64,000 nt of DNA, taken from positions 1,054,001-1,118,000 of the forward strand of contig JBBPEB010000006.1 of the NCBI GenBank assembly GCA_039096225.1, written 5' to 3'. Shown piece by piece: positions 26,627 through 39,700 of the stretch. A model generated the notes under the pieces. That model did no database searches, was not told the origin of the DNA, and saw only the letters and a list, made by a program, of their open reading frames with translations. This DNA comes from Blastocystis sp. Blastoise. Its lineage: Eukaryota; Protista; Bigyra: Opalinata. The stretch's first letter is position 1. Every line of letters begins with the position of its first letter. The position numbers and the translations under genes are program-made.

Positions 26627-29307
26627 TCATTACTATTATAAAGCAAATAGGCAAAAAAATTCCCATTGGTCAGTTTTTGGAAAATTCATTTGATTGGCTA
26701 CTATATACTAGAGTTTGTACCCACAACTCCTCTAAACTTACGGGGAGTTAACTTTTGGTTGAAACACAGTTCAATACGATATAACGTGTAGTTGTGCACC
26801 GTATATTTGGTTAAGCGATATTATTAATAATTAAAAAGTTATTAATAAAAGAACAGAAAACATGATTTTTGAGTCGTTTTTGATTGGCTCTTTGGGATGA
26901 CCCCGATAAAAATTGTTGACCAGACAATTGGAAAATAAACATGGGGTAAACTTGATTTTTTCTCAATCCCACAATATACGTTATCCGTGTTTATTCTTTA
27001 TATTTATCTATTTTTAAAGACTTTTTCATATTGAACACGTGAGGCCTTAACGGTCAAATTTAGATTGTTAATTTGACATCATATTCTGATTCAGGAGGTC
27101 AAAAAACCTAGGTGTAGCGATTTTCAGTTCCTGAGGACAATTTTTGAGTGATCGATATTTTCATCGATCTTCTTATAATCGACTAATATTACAGTATTGT
27201 AATTGATAGGTCATCAAACTACTATAGTAGAAACAAAGTTTTTAAATAACGAGTTAAAAAGTGACAATTTTGAAAAATGTGAATTAAGTGGTCTTAGAGT
27301 GAGAGATTCAATATAATGACTTTTATTTAATAAACTATAGTTATAACTCCATACTATATTAAAAGAAGAGTCAAAATTATGATGGTCAAAGTATATGAGC
27401 AAATGACAAAATGTGTCTTAAAAAGTAAAATGGCTTCTATATGTGTTTAGAATCATGTATTAAGTATATTCTATGAATAAGAGCTTTAAATAAATAGTTT
27501 AAGGTTGTCAAATTCAAAAGAATGTGTAAAACATAGTCTTAGACTTTGAATAAAAAATTTAGAGATATTAATTAGTGTACAGCTATAGTAGCTCTACAAC
27601 ATATCAAAAGTACAAAGAAAATAATTTTTAGAGAGTGGATGTGTGAGGTGTTGTGACTATTATTTAAAATTTATTTTTACTTCTGTTTGAGCAAAATCGT
27701 GAATTTCGTGCACTGTAGAAAAATTGAGTCAAAAGGTCAACTCTAAGGGTCTTAAATTTAAAAAAATGTAAAAATAAGTGACTTAGAGGACGAGATTCAA
27801 TATTTGAGTGTTTATTCATTAAACTAGAGTGTATGACCTATATTATGTTAAAAGAAGGGACAAAAATATTTTGATCAAAGTATATGACCAAATGGTAAAG
27901 TGTCTTTAAAAAGTCTAAAGTGATGACTAATATGTTTATGGTGTCTTATAAAGTCTACTATGTAAATATTAGCTTTTAAAAATATGTTTAAGCCTTTCAA
28001 TTAGTAAAAATATGTTCAAAGAGACTCATAAAATGAGAATTTTAAGAAACGAGATATTGTTCAGTATACACTAAGAGACACTCTACAACATATCAAAAAT
28101 ATAGCAAAAACTATTTTTAGAGAGTGGATGTGTGAAGGGTTGTGTGAGTTATTGAAAAAATATTTTTCACTCAGTTTATCCAAAATTGTGTTTTTGGAAC
28201 ACTGTAGAAAAATTAACTTCAAAAATCAACTCTAAGGGTCTTAATTTTTAAAAATGTGAAAATGACTGACTTAGAGGACGAGATTCAAAATTCCCTCTCA
28301 CTTTCATATAACTAGACCACACACTCTATATTATATCAAAAGGAGGGACGAAAATATTTTGGTCAAAGTAAATGAGCAAATGCAAAAGGTTTATAAAATG
28401 TTTTAAAGTGATGACCAATGTGTAGCTATGGTCATATTAAGTAAACTATGTAAATATTAGCATTTAAAAATGAGTTTAAGTGTGTCAACTTTTCATAATG
28501 TGTCAAAAAGGGTCTTTAAGACAGAGATTCAAAACATTTACTTTTATTTAATAAATAGTATGATAAACTCTATACTATACCAAAAGACTGAAGGAAACTG
28601 TTTTGATACAGTGGATCTTGAATGTGTAAAGTCTATTTAAAAGTCACTTTTTCGAGTCATTTATGATTAAAATAAGTATTTGAGACAACTGAAGAAATAT
28701 TAACTTTTTAAACCATGTTTTATTAGTCAAAGTTAGAATGAATGCTGACTTTGTTATGATTAAAGCTTTCTAATTCTTTTAAAAAGTATGAAAATGAGTT
28801 TAAATCATTATATTACGTTTATTTAAATAAATTTTATGAATTAAAAATACTCAAGAGTACTTCACATTGTGACTCATTTCTAAAGTTGTTGACTTTAAAA
28901 ACTCAAAAAATGCTTAAAACAGTTGTTTAATTATTTATAAATACAAAATATATTTTTAAAATAATAAATAATATATAATAATACAAATTTCGTTTTTAGT
29001 ATCTAAGAAATTCTTTTAGTTTTTTAAATATTATTAAAAAGAATCTAAAAGATACTTATATCAGGAATTGAACCTGATTACAATCATTTACTGATTATAA
29101 CTCCCCATATAGAGTATAAGAAATGTAATAAATAATAGATAATAAATAATAATAGATAATAGATAATAAATAATAATATATAATAAATGATAAATAATAA
29201 ATAACAATAGATAATAAATGATAAAAGATACAAAAAGCCAAACATATATGATTTTATGCAGCCGCGGTCCGGGGCCGTTAGGCACTGGACCTGCGGCGTG
29301 ACCCTAG
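26627..29307 (+). mobile_element. Non-autonomous Helitron, family A (2.7 kb), inside an intron of the micro-exon gene
   Basis: A|TCATTACTATTATAAAGC start; the hairpin and CTAG|T end match the 23749 end. Confidence 0.95.
29055..29120 (-). ncRNA. tRNA-like cloverleaf, copy 4
   Basis: Minus strand reads CTTATA|CTCT-atatgg-GGAG|TTATAATCA-gtaaa-TGATTGTAA|TCAGG-ttcaatt-CCTGA|TATAAG. Both within-stem deviations are G-U pairs on this strand. Confidence 0.8.
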
Positions 29308-30589
29308 TATATATAATGTACATATATTTCAATTTTATGTATAATGAAAATTATTATATATAATTAGTTAGTAATATCTATTATATTGTATTATAATTAT
29401 ATATGTTTAATATATCTATTTTTTTTTTATTATAAATAGATTCAGACAAATCATTTCATTTTTCTTCTCCTCCTAAAGGTCAATTATATAATAATCAAGA
29501 TGAAAACGGTTTTGTTAAAAAGATAAAATATAACAAGGAAACTAATGATAATGACCAGTATGCTGATGGGAAAAATGGGTCTAATCATGGTTTCAATATT
29601 ATTGGTAAAGGTATGCTATAAATATATATATACTATTACTATACATATAGATATACTATTACTATATATATATATATATATGTATATATACTATTACTAT
29701 ACATATAGATATACTATTACTATATATATATATATATATATGTATATATACTATTACTATACATATAGATATAATTTTACTATATGTATAGGCTATAAGA
29801 ATACTAATACATCAATAACTTTTGATAAGAGTACTCTTTTATCTGTGAGTGGTCTTCATCAAAGTATTTATATATATTATTGTATTCCTTATATTTTTCT
29901 TTCCAATATAGCTAAAGATATTATTGAAGAATATCTACCCAATCTATTAGATGTTATATCAAAAACCTTCAGTGTTGTAAGTTTGGGTATGTAAATATAA
30001 ATATTTTTATTTTTTATATAATACCTATTATACTTATTAGATATATATATATTTAGCAAATGGAAAGAATGATGCCGATACAGCAAAAACTGATATTCAT
30101 TTTATGAATAACAGTTCTGTTATCAGTCTTAGGGCAAATGAGGACAAGAAGCCAGAAGATAATAATAAAAATAGTATATAATTATTTATGATTATTTTTT
30201 TGTATTAATTATATTTTATATAGTAACCAAACCTAAAAAAAGAAAATCAAAATTGGATAAATTATCAAAGATTATTCAGCTGCTAAATGATCAAGATTCT
30301 GATTCTTCCTTTGAATCTGATAATAGTAGTATATAACATATATATTATATATATTATATATATTATATATATTATATATACTAGGGTCATGCCGCAGGTC
30401 CGGGGCCTAACGGCACCGGACCGCGGCTGCATAAAATAATAACAGTTTGGTTTTTATTTTCTTTTTTTCATTATTATATATTATCTATTATATATTATTA
30501 TTTATTATTTATTATTTATTATCTATTATATATTATTATTTATTATTTATTATCTATTATATATTATATATTATATATTATATATTATT

Positions 30590-31058
30590 ATCTATTATAT
30601 ATTATATATTATATATTATATATTATATATTATATATTATATATTATATATTATATATTATATATTATATATTATATATTATATATTATATATTATATAT
30701 TATATATTATATATTATATATTATATATTATATATTATATATTATATATTATATATTATATATTATATATTATATATTATATATTATATATTATATATTA
30801 TATATTATATATTATATATTATATATTATATATTATATATTATATATTATATATTATATATTATATATTATATATTATATATTATATATTATATATTATA
30901 TATTATATATTATATATTATATATTATATATTATATATTATATATTATATATTATATATTATATATTATATATTATATATTATATATTATATATTATATA
31001 TTATATATTATATATTATATATTATATATTATATATTATATATTATATATTATATATT
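30590..31058. repeat. (ATTATAT)n heptamer microsatellite, ~470 bp
   Basis: Near-perfect 7-bp periodicity; it explains spurious ORF 30447-31133. Confidence 0.95.
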
Positions 31059-31071
31059 ACTTTAATAACAC

Positions 31072-31141
31072 TTCTTATACTCTATATGGAGAGTTACAAT
31101 CATTTATTGATTGTAATCAGGTTCAATTCCTGATATAAGAA
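31072..31141 (+). ncRNA. tRNA-like cloverleaf, copy 5 (antisense to its minus-strand Helitron)
   Basis: TTCTTATA|CTCT-atatgg-AGAG|TTACAATCA-tttat-TGATTGTAA|TCAGG-ttcaatt-CCTGA|TATAAGAA; all stems are Watson-Crick. Confidence 0.82.
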
Positions 31142-34100
31142 TTAAATAAATTCTTTAAATGATATCAAAAAAACTAAAAACAATACTTGAAAGAAAATTA
31201 AAAAACTATTTTGAATCATTATACATATTATTTATTATTTTTAAAATATATTTTGTATTTATTAATAACTAAACAACTGTTTTAAACATTTTGTGAGTTT
31301 TTAAAGTCAATAACTTTAGAAATGAGTCACAATGTGAAGAACTCTGAAGTATTTTTAATTCATAAAATTTATATAAATAAACGTAATATAATGATTTAAA
31401 CTCATTTTCATACTTTTTAAAAGAATTAGAAAGCTTTAATCATAACAAAGTCAGCATTCATTCTAACTTTGACTAATAAAACATGGTTTAAAAAGTTAAT
31501 ATTTCTTCAGTTGTCTCAAATACGTATTTTAATCATAAATGACTCGAAAAAGTGACTTTTAAAGAGACTTTACCCATTCAAGATCCACTGTATCAAAACA
31601 GTTTCCTTCAGTCTTTTGATATAGTATAGAGTTTATCATACTATTTATTAAATAAAAGTAAATGTTTTGAATCTCTTTCTTAAAGACCCTTTTTGACACA
31701 TTATGAAAAGTTGACACACTTAAACTCATTTTTATAAGCTAATATTTACATACTATACTCAGTATAGTGTTAGCTACACATTGGTCATCACTTTAAAACA
31801 TTTTATAAACCTTTTGCATTTGCTCATTTACTTTGACCAAAATATTTTCGTCCCTCCTTTTGACATAATATAGACTGTGTGGTCTAGTTATATGAAAGTG
31901 AGGGGGAATTTTGAATCTCGTCCTCTAAGTCAATCATTTTTACATTTTTCAAAATTTATACCCCTAAACTTGATATTTTGACTCAACTTTTCTACAGTGT
32001 TCCAAAAACACGATTTTGCTCAAACTGAGTGAAAAATATTTTTTCAATAACTCTCACAACCCTTTACACATCCACTCTCTAAAAATAGATTTTGCTATAT
32101 TTTTGATATGTTGTAGAGTGTCTCTTAGTGTATACTGAACAATATCTCGTTTCTTAAAACTCTCATTTTATGACTCTCTTTGAACATATTATTACTAATT
32201 GAAAGGCTTAAACATATTTTTAAAAGCTAATATTTACATAGTAGACTATATATGACTCTATAAGCACATTAGTCAACACTTTAGACTTATTAAGAAGACT
32301 TTACCATTTGGTCATACACTTTGATCAACATATTTTCGTCCCTTCTTTTAACATAATATAGATCATACACTCTAGTTTAATGAATAAACACTCAAATATT
32401 GAATCTCGTCCTCTAAGTCACTCATTTTTACATTTTTTTAAATTTAAGACCCTTAGAGTTGACCTTTTGACTCAATTTTTCTACAGTGCACGAAATTCAC
32501 GATTTTAAACAAACTAAAGTAAAAATAAATTTTAAATAATAGTCACAACCCTTCACACATCCACTCTCTAAAAATTATTTTCTTTGTACTTTTGATATGT
32601 TGTAGAGCTACTACAGCTGTACACTAATTAATATCTCTAAATTTTTTATTCAAAGTCTAAGACTATGTTTTATACATTTATTTAAATTTGACAACCTTAA
32701 ACTATTTATTTAAAGCTATTATTCATAAAATAGACTTAATACATGATTCTAAACACATATAGACACCCTTTTACTTTTTAAGACACATTTTGTCATTTGG
32801 TCATACACTTTGACCTTCATAATTTTGACTCTCCTTTTGACATCGTATAGAGTATTATCTCTAGTTTACTAAATAAAAGTCATTATATTGAATCTCTCAC
32901 TCTAAGACCACTTAATTCACATTTTTCAAAATTGTGACACTCAAACTCATTATTTTAAGACTTTGCTTTGACTATAGTAGTTTTAGGACCTATTGATTAC
33001 TATGCTGTAATATTAGTCAATTATAAGAAGATCGAAGAAAATATCGATCACTCAAAAATCGTCCTCAGGAGCTCAAAATCGCTACACCTAGGTTTTTTGA
33101 CCTCCTGAATCAGAATATGATGTCAAATTGAGAATCTAAATTTGACCGTTAAGGCCTCACGTGTTCAATATGAAAAAGTATTAAAAAATAGATAAATATA
33201 AAGAATAAACACGAATAACGTATATCGTGGGATTGAGAAAAAATCAAGTTTACCCCATGTTTATTTTTCAATTGTCTGGTCAACAATTTTTATCGGGATG
33301 ATCCCAAAGAGCCAATCAAAAACGACTCAAAAATCATGTTTTCTGTTCTTTTATTAATATCTTTTTAATTATAAATAATATCGCTTAACCAAATATATGG
33401 TGCACAACTACACGTTATATCCTATTGAACTGTGTTTCAACGAAAAGTTAACTCCCCGTAAGTTTAGAGGAGTTGTGGGTACAAACTCTAGTATATAGTA
33501 GCCAATCAAATGAATCTTCCAAAAACTGACCAATGGGAATTTTTTTGCCTATTTGCTTTATAATAGTAATGATTGTTTATTCATTATTCATTTATTTATC
33601 CTGATTAATATGCTTTTATTCTAATTTTATATCTTTTTTATTCTGATCTATTATAAACAATTCTATGATAATTTTTTTTATTTTGTTTTGTTTTATTATT
33701 ATTTATTTAAACACTGAACAGATGTGATCAACATAATAATTCTAATACATAAAAATAATATTTGATAAATCTAAAAATTTTACGAAAGAATTTTAGTTCT
33801 ATGTTTTTTTTTATATTATTACTTTTTTAAATAATAATTATACTACTGTTATTTAATAACCAATTCCTTTATAGTTTTTAAACAACAAAATCAAAATAAT
33901 ATTATACAAGAGCAAATTTTAAATTCAAAACATTCTACAGGTAAAAATAATGTTATTCAGTCGGTAAAAGAAGTATTCAGTAATGACAATATGATTGCAG
34001 ATGATACTAACATAAATAGCAACACTATTAATAGTGACTCAATATCCATCGATTCTGAAAAATCTGTTTATGAAATCATTGATAATAATCTTTACAATGA

Positions 34101-35392
34101 AATAAATGAAAACACTTCTAATAATATTTATCTGGCAGATCAAAACTATTATTGTAATAATAATAATATTACTTTTAATCATGATCAATTTGAAGTTGAA
34201 TCACAGAATGCCATAAATTGTAATAATTTTATGACTTTTATTAATAGTGAATCACAACAAATTGAATTGAGTGATTGTAATTCACAAAACAATTCTTTGA
34301 TTAATCCTTTTGAGCAAAATATAGGAAATTTAACTTTTCATATGGAAGATATAGATATAAATGAAAATATAACAATTGAAACTAGAATAAATGAGACAGA
34401 AAATAATATAATTAATAATGAAAATGAAGAAAATATTGCTGATAATTCAGAACAGTTTCAAACAGTAAATAATACTATTAGAGGTTCTGATAAAAGTGTC
34501 TGAAAATTCGATTTTGGTGAGAAGCATGTCTCTTTTTAATTTTTTTTTAGCAAAATATCGTTTTTTTTTTCAAAACTGATAAAAATGTCTCTTTTATGAC
34601 TTATTTTCTTCTGATTTGTTCTTAAACATAGTATTTTCCTCCTTTTTTAAAGATTAATTCCCGTGAATAAAAAAAATAGTTTTTTTATTGGATAACATTT
34701 TATAAAAATAATTTTTATTGGATAAATAGAGAAATAAAGAACAAAATAATTGTTGTTTATCAAAATAAACCGTATATATTTATAATTTGTGCTGTTTTGT
34801 TATCAGTTTTGAATAAATAGCAATTCTGTTATATAAATTAGTTATAAATAGACACTTCCTTTTATTATTATGCATAAAATAAAAGTTTAGTGTAGCTAAT
34901 TTTTCTTTGGCAGAACTATATTAACAGCCAGCATAGCTATTCTAAATCAAAAGCATCTTTTGGCTTAATAAAAATCTAGAAAAACTTTATAACTGGTTCT
35001 TATTGTTAAAAAAAAGTGTAATCAAAGAATGACTTTAAGTTTGAAAAAGTTATAAGTAATTATTTATTGTGAAACTATAGTTGCTTCGATGAGTCAATGT
35101 TAAACAAAACTTATTTTTAATATTTTGCTCACAATTGTTACTAATCCATTTGAGGAAGACAATTTTTTACAAATGAAATGTGTGCTGGAATAAGTCATCT
35201 ATTGATTTATCGCTTTTGTTAAAGAAAACGATGTGTAAAAATGATTTAAAATAAAAAGAAGAAATATATTTTTTATATTAAGAATATTTTTTGTTATTTA
35301 AGTTTTTAAGTTTCTTTTTTATAACGTGATAATTTAGAAAACATAGAGACTCAAAATAATGTATTTATAACATTATTAAAACTCACTTTCAC

Positions 35393-35728
35393 TTGATTCA
35401 GGTTAATGATGTTGATGATGTAAATAGTATTCAGAATGAAAACATGGAATCAGTGTGTTATGATGAATTTACAAGTCGAGAAGATATGCTAGAATTCGAG
35501 ATTAATAATTTATACTTTATTAAAACAATATATCAAACAAAACAAGAATTAATAAAAGATATAAGTACAAAACTAAAAGATAAAGGCTATTCATATAAAA
35601 TTAATAAATCAAATAAAACTTAAATAACCATTATCTGCCCTTTTAGTGATTGTGGATTCTACCTTCACTATAGAGGAAATAATATTAGAGGATTCATATT
35701 AAAAAAATATAAAAATCATAAAAGTGAA
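35393..35728 (+). pseudogene. Degenerate MuDR/MULE-type (WRKY-GCM1 fold) zinc-finger DNA-binding domain fragment
   Basis: Reading through one TAA gives IYQTKQELIKDISTKLKDKGYSYKINKSNKT*ITIICPFSDCGFYLHYRGNNIRGFILKKYKNHKSE, which resembles the MuDR N-terminal C-x4-C...H pattern. Recognised by eye only. Confidence 0.55.
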
Positions 35729-35729
35729 G

Positions 35730-35760
<31 letters not shown>

Positions 35761-35829
35761 TCTTATTATTTATTATATATATATATGCATTCTTATTATT
35801 CTTTTTATTCATTCTTATTACTCATTCTA

Positions 35830-36030
35830 TATATATATTCATCTAATATCATCATATTATCATATATATATTCATCTTATATCATCATATATTCATATAT
35901 ATATTCATCTAATATCATCATATATTCATATATATATTCTTCTTATATCATCATATATTCATATATATATTCATCTTATATCATCATATATTCATATATA
36001 TATTCATCTAATATCATCATATATTCATAT
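35830..36030. repeat. 33-bp minisatellite, ~6 copies
   Basis: Unit ATATTCATATATATATTCATCTTATATCATCAT. Confidence 0.85.
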
Positions 36031-36579
36031 ATTGTTTGGTTTATATTCATCATGTAGAACAACTCAGTATGAATAATTTGTATATTTATTAGCCAGTATA
36101 ATATAATATGGTACACGTATTATTCATTAACAAGGAGAGTAATAACATTATTATGTTACTAAAAACTGAATTATTTGAATTCATTAACTAAATAATATAT
36201 TTATATTTGAATACATATATCAATATTTTGAAAATGAGAATATAATTGCAACATCAGTGACTAATTAGTAATATAATTCATTAATAAGAGAAAAAAGTTT
36301 ACATCAATTCAGATACTAATAAAGTTTGAATAATAGAGATAAGAATAAAAATAAATAGAAGACTAGTAATAAAAATCTGAATCGAAGTATGGACAGTAAT
36401 ATATGAAGAAACAGGAGTTATAGGTACAACCAGAAGAAGGAGAATAATCTATCAATATAGTAAAATTTGTTTCATAATAAGAAGAATTTGGAAAATAAAG
36501 TAACTAAATATGTATAAGGAAGATAAAGGAGAAATTAGGATTAATAGGAGCAAGTAATGAAATAGCAACATAAGAATGA

Positions 36580-36714
36580 TGAATAATAATAGAAGAAGAG
36601 GAAAGTAAATAAATATAATTGAAGAAGTAGTAGCATAAGAAGAAGAATATTATACAAAATATAAGAAGATGCAGTAGTAGTGTAAGAAGAAGTAATAGTA
36701 TAGTTATACCACTA

Positions 36715-36745
<31 letters not shown>

Positions 36746-39700
36746 AATCATAATAATAATAATAAGTGGAAGAAGAAGAACAAGTAGAAATAGACTTATA
36801 AGAAGTATATCAAGAATGAGAATGAGAAAGAAAAGGGGAAAAAGAAGAAAGAGAAAGAGAAATAGAAGAAGGAGGAGAAAATAAGTAGAAGTAGAATGAG
36901 AAGAATAACAATAATAAGAAGTAGTGAAGTAGATATAGATATAGAAGATATAGAAAAAGTAGAAGTATATGTGGATGTATAAGTAAAAAAAAAGTAGTGA
37001 AGTAGAAGTAGAAGTAGATGTAACTAAGTAGAAGTAGAAGTAGAAGCAATTCTAGAAGAAGAAAAAGAAGAAAAAGAAGAAGAATGAGAATGAGAAGAAT
37101 GACAAGATGTAGAAGTAGAAGTAGAAGTAGAAGTAGAAGAATAAGAAGAAAATAAGAAGAAAATAAGAATAAACCAAGAATAAACATAATAATGAAAACA
37201 TCAGTAGAAGATAAGAAGAAGGAGAATAAGAATGATTAGAAGTATAAAAAAAAGAAGAAGTAGAAGAAGAAGAAGAAAAAAAAAAGTAGAAGTAGAAGTA
37301 GAAGGATAAGAAGGAGAAGGAGAAGAACAAGAAGAAGAAGCAGAAGAAGCAGGACAAGTACAAGTACAAGGACAAGGAAAAGATGAAAGACAAGAAAAGG
37401 GAGTACAACGATAAGGACAAGAAAGATAAGAATAAGGATAAGAAGAATAAAGAAGAAGGACAAGGAAAATAAGAATAAACCAAAAATAAGTATAATAATG
37501 AAAACATCAGTAGAAGCTAAGGATAAGTAGCATGAGAATGATTAGAAGTAGAAGTACAAGGATAATAAAAAGAAGAAGATGGAGAAGGGAGAAGAATATG
37601 TGGAAATAAAAGAAAAAACATGAAAATAAAATGTGGAACAAGAAGAGACTAAAAAGAGAATAGAAGGAGAGGAGTAAAATATGAATAGGAAGGAGAAGGA
37701 TAAGAAGGATAAGAAAGATAAGAGGATAAGAATGACAAAGAGAAGGACAAGATGGAGCAAGAGATGAACGAGAAGAACGAAAAGCAGAAGAAGGAACAAG
37801 AGAAGAAGTAGAAGTAGAAGTAGAAGTAGAAGTAGAAGTAGAAGTAGAAGTAGAAGTAGAAGTAGAAGTAGAAGTAGAAGTAGAAGTAGAAGTAGAAGTA
37901 GAAGTAGAAGTAGAAGTAGAAGTAGAAGTAGAAGTAGAAGTAGAAGTAGAAGGAGAAGGAGAAGGAGAAGAAGAAGAAGAAGGAGAAGGAGAAGAAGAAG
38001 AAGAAGGAGAAGAAGAAGTAGAAGTAGAGTAGAAGAAGAAGGAGAAGAAGAAGGAGAAGAAGAAGAAGAAGAAGAAGAAGTAGAAGAAGAAGAAGAAATA
38101 GAAGGAGAAGGAGAACAAAGGGAAAATAAGAATGATTATAAGAAGAAGTATAAGGATAATAAGAAGAAGAAGATGTAGAAGGAGAAAAATATGTGTAAGT
38201 AGAAGAAGAAACATATAAAATATGGAACAAGAAGACTAAAAAGATAATAGAAGGAGAGGAGCAAAATATGAATAAGAAGGAGAATAAGAAGGATAATGAT
38301 AAGAAGGGGAAGAGGAGAAGAATGATAAAGAGAAGGAGGAGAAGGAAGAAAGAACGAGAAAGAGACGAATGGAGAAAGGAAAGAGAAGATGGAGAAGGAT
38401 AAGAAGAAGCAGAAGGAAGAGTAGAAGAAGGAATAGAGAAGGAGAAGTAAAAACAGAAAGAGAAAGAAAAGAAGGAACAAGAGAAAGAGAAAGAGAAAGA
38501 GAAAGAGAATGAGAATGAGAATGAGAAGAATGAAAAAGAGAAAGAGAAAGAAATAGTAGTATAGAAGTAGAAATAGAAGCAGTAATAGTTGGAAAAGGAA
38601 AATTAGAAGAAGAAGAAGGTGGAGAAGAAAAAGAAGTAAAAGTAAAAGTATAAATAAAAGAAGAATAGGAAGGAGATATAGAAGCAGACGAATAAGAAGA
38701 AGTAGAATGAACATGAAAAAGAAATAAAAGTATTAGTAATAGTGTAGAAGTAGAAATAGAAGGAAAAGGAGAATTAGTAGAAGAAGAATGAGAAATAGAA
38801 TATAGAAAAGAAATAGAAGAAGAAGAAGAGGAAGAAGAAAGAGAAGAAAGAGAAACAGAAAGAGAAGAACAAGGAGAGGATAAGCACAAGGATAATGACA
38901 AGAAAAAGAAGTAGTTGTAATAGAAGTGAATGTAGAAGTATAAAAAGTAGTAGAAATAGAAGTAGGAGTAGGAGTTGGAGTTGGGGTACAAGCGAAGTAG
39001 AATAAAAATATAAGTAGAAATATAAGTAGAAGAATGAGAAGTAGTATTAGTAATAGTGTAGAAGTAGAAATGGAAGAAAAAGAATAAGAGTAAGTAGTAG
39101 TCGTAGAAATATGAGTATAAGCAAGTAGAAATAGAAGAATAAAGAAAAGAAGGAAAGAAACTGAAGTAGAAGAAGTACAAGGAAAAGAAGGAAAAATATA
39201 AGAAGAAGAAGAAGAATAGTGAGGAGAAATAGTAAAAAAGAAAAAGAAGAAGAAGGAGATGAATAATGAAAAATAAAAAATGAGTAAAATTTTGAAAAAT
39301 AGAGTTAGAAGTAAAAAAATAATAAGAAGAAGCTTTAATATGTATAAACAGAAGGAGAAGAAGTAGAAGAAGCGAGCGATAATGAGAAATATAATAAAAA
39401 GATTGAGAATAAAAGAAAAAAGAAAGAATTGAAAGATAATAGGAATAAGAATAAGAAAGATAATTAGAAATACAAGGAGGAGTAATGATAATTGAGATAT
39501 GAAGTAAAAGCAGAAGGAGAAGGTAATGTTGAAGAAAAATAGGAAGGCTGATAATAGGGAAGATAAAGAGAAATAGAAGGAAAAGGAGAATGTGAAGCAA
39601 AATAAGAATCACAAAAAGAAAAAGAAGAAGTAGAAAGAGAACGAGAAGAATTACATTTTTAGTGAGGAGAAAAAATGTAAAAAAAGAAGAAATATAATAA

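Larger units (their letters stand above)
30381..33572 (-). mobile_element. Non-autonomous Helitron, family A (3.2 kb), reverse orientation, intronic
   Basis: The plus strand begins A|CTAGGGTCATGCCGCAGG and ends ...TAATAGTAATGA|T, i.e. the reverse complement of the family termini. Confidence 0.95.
18182..34503 (+). pseudogene. Phase-1 micro-exon array gene (~28 exons, Asn/Ser/Asp/Lys-rich product) disrupted by Helitron insertions
   Basis: ATG at 18182 with a basic first exon (MNSYNKAYQKKIQQKKKMQKRRFQ), then ~21 symmetric 30-70 nt exons up to 20947. The chain resumes at ~26523-26577, continues with five exons in 29440-30328, and reaches a large Asn-rich exon from ~33875 that is in frame with ORF 33991-34503. 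Confidence 0.75.
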
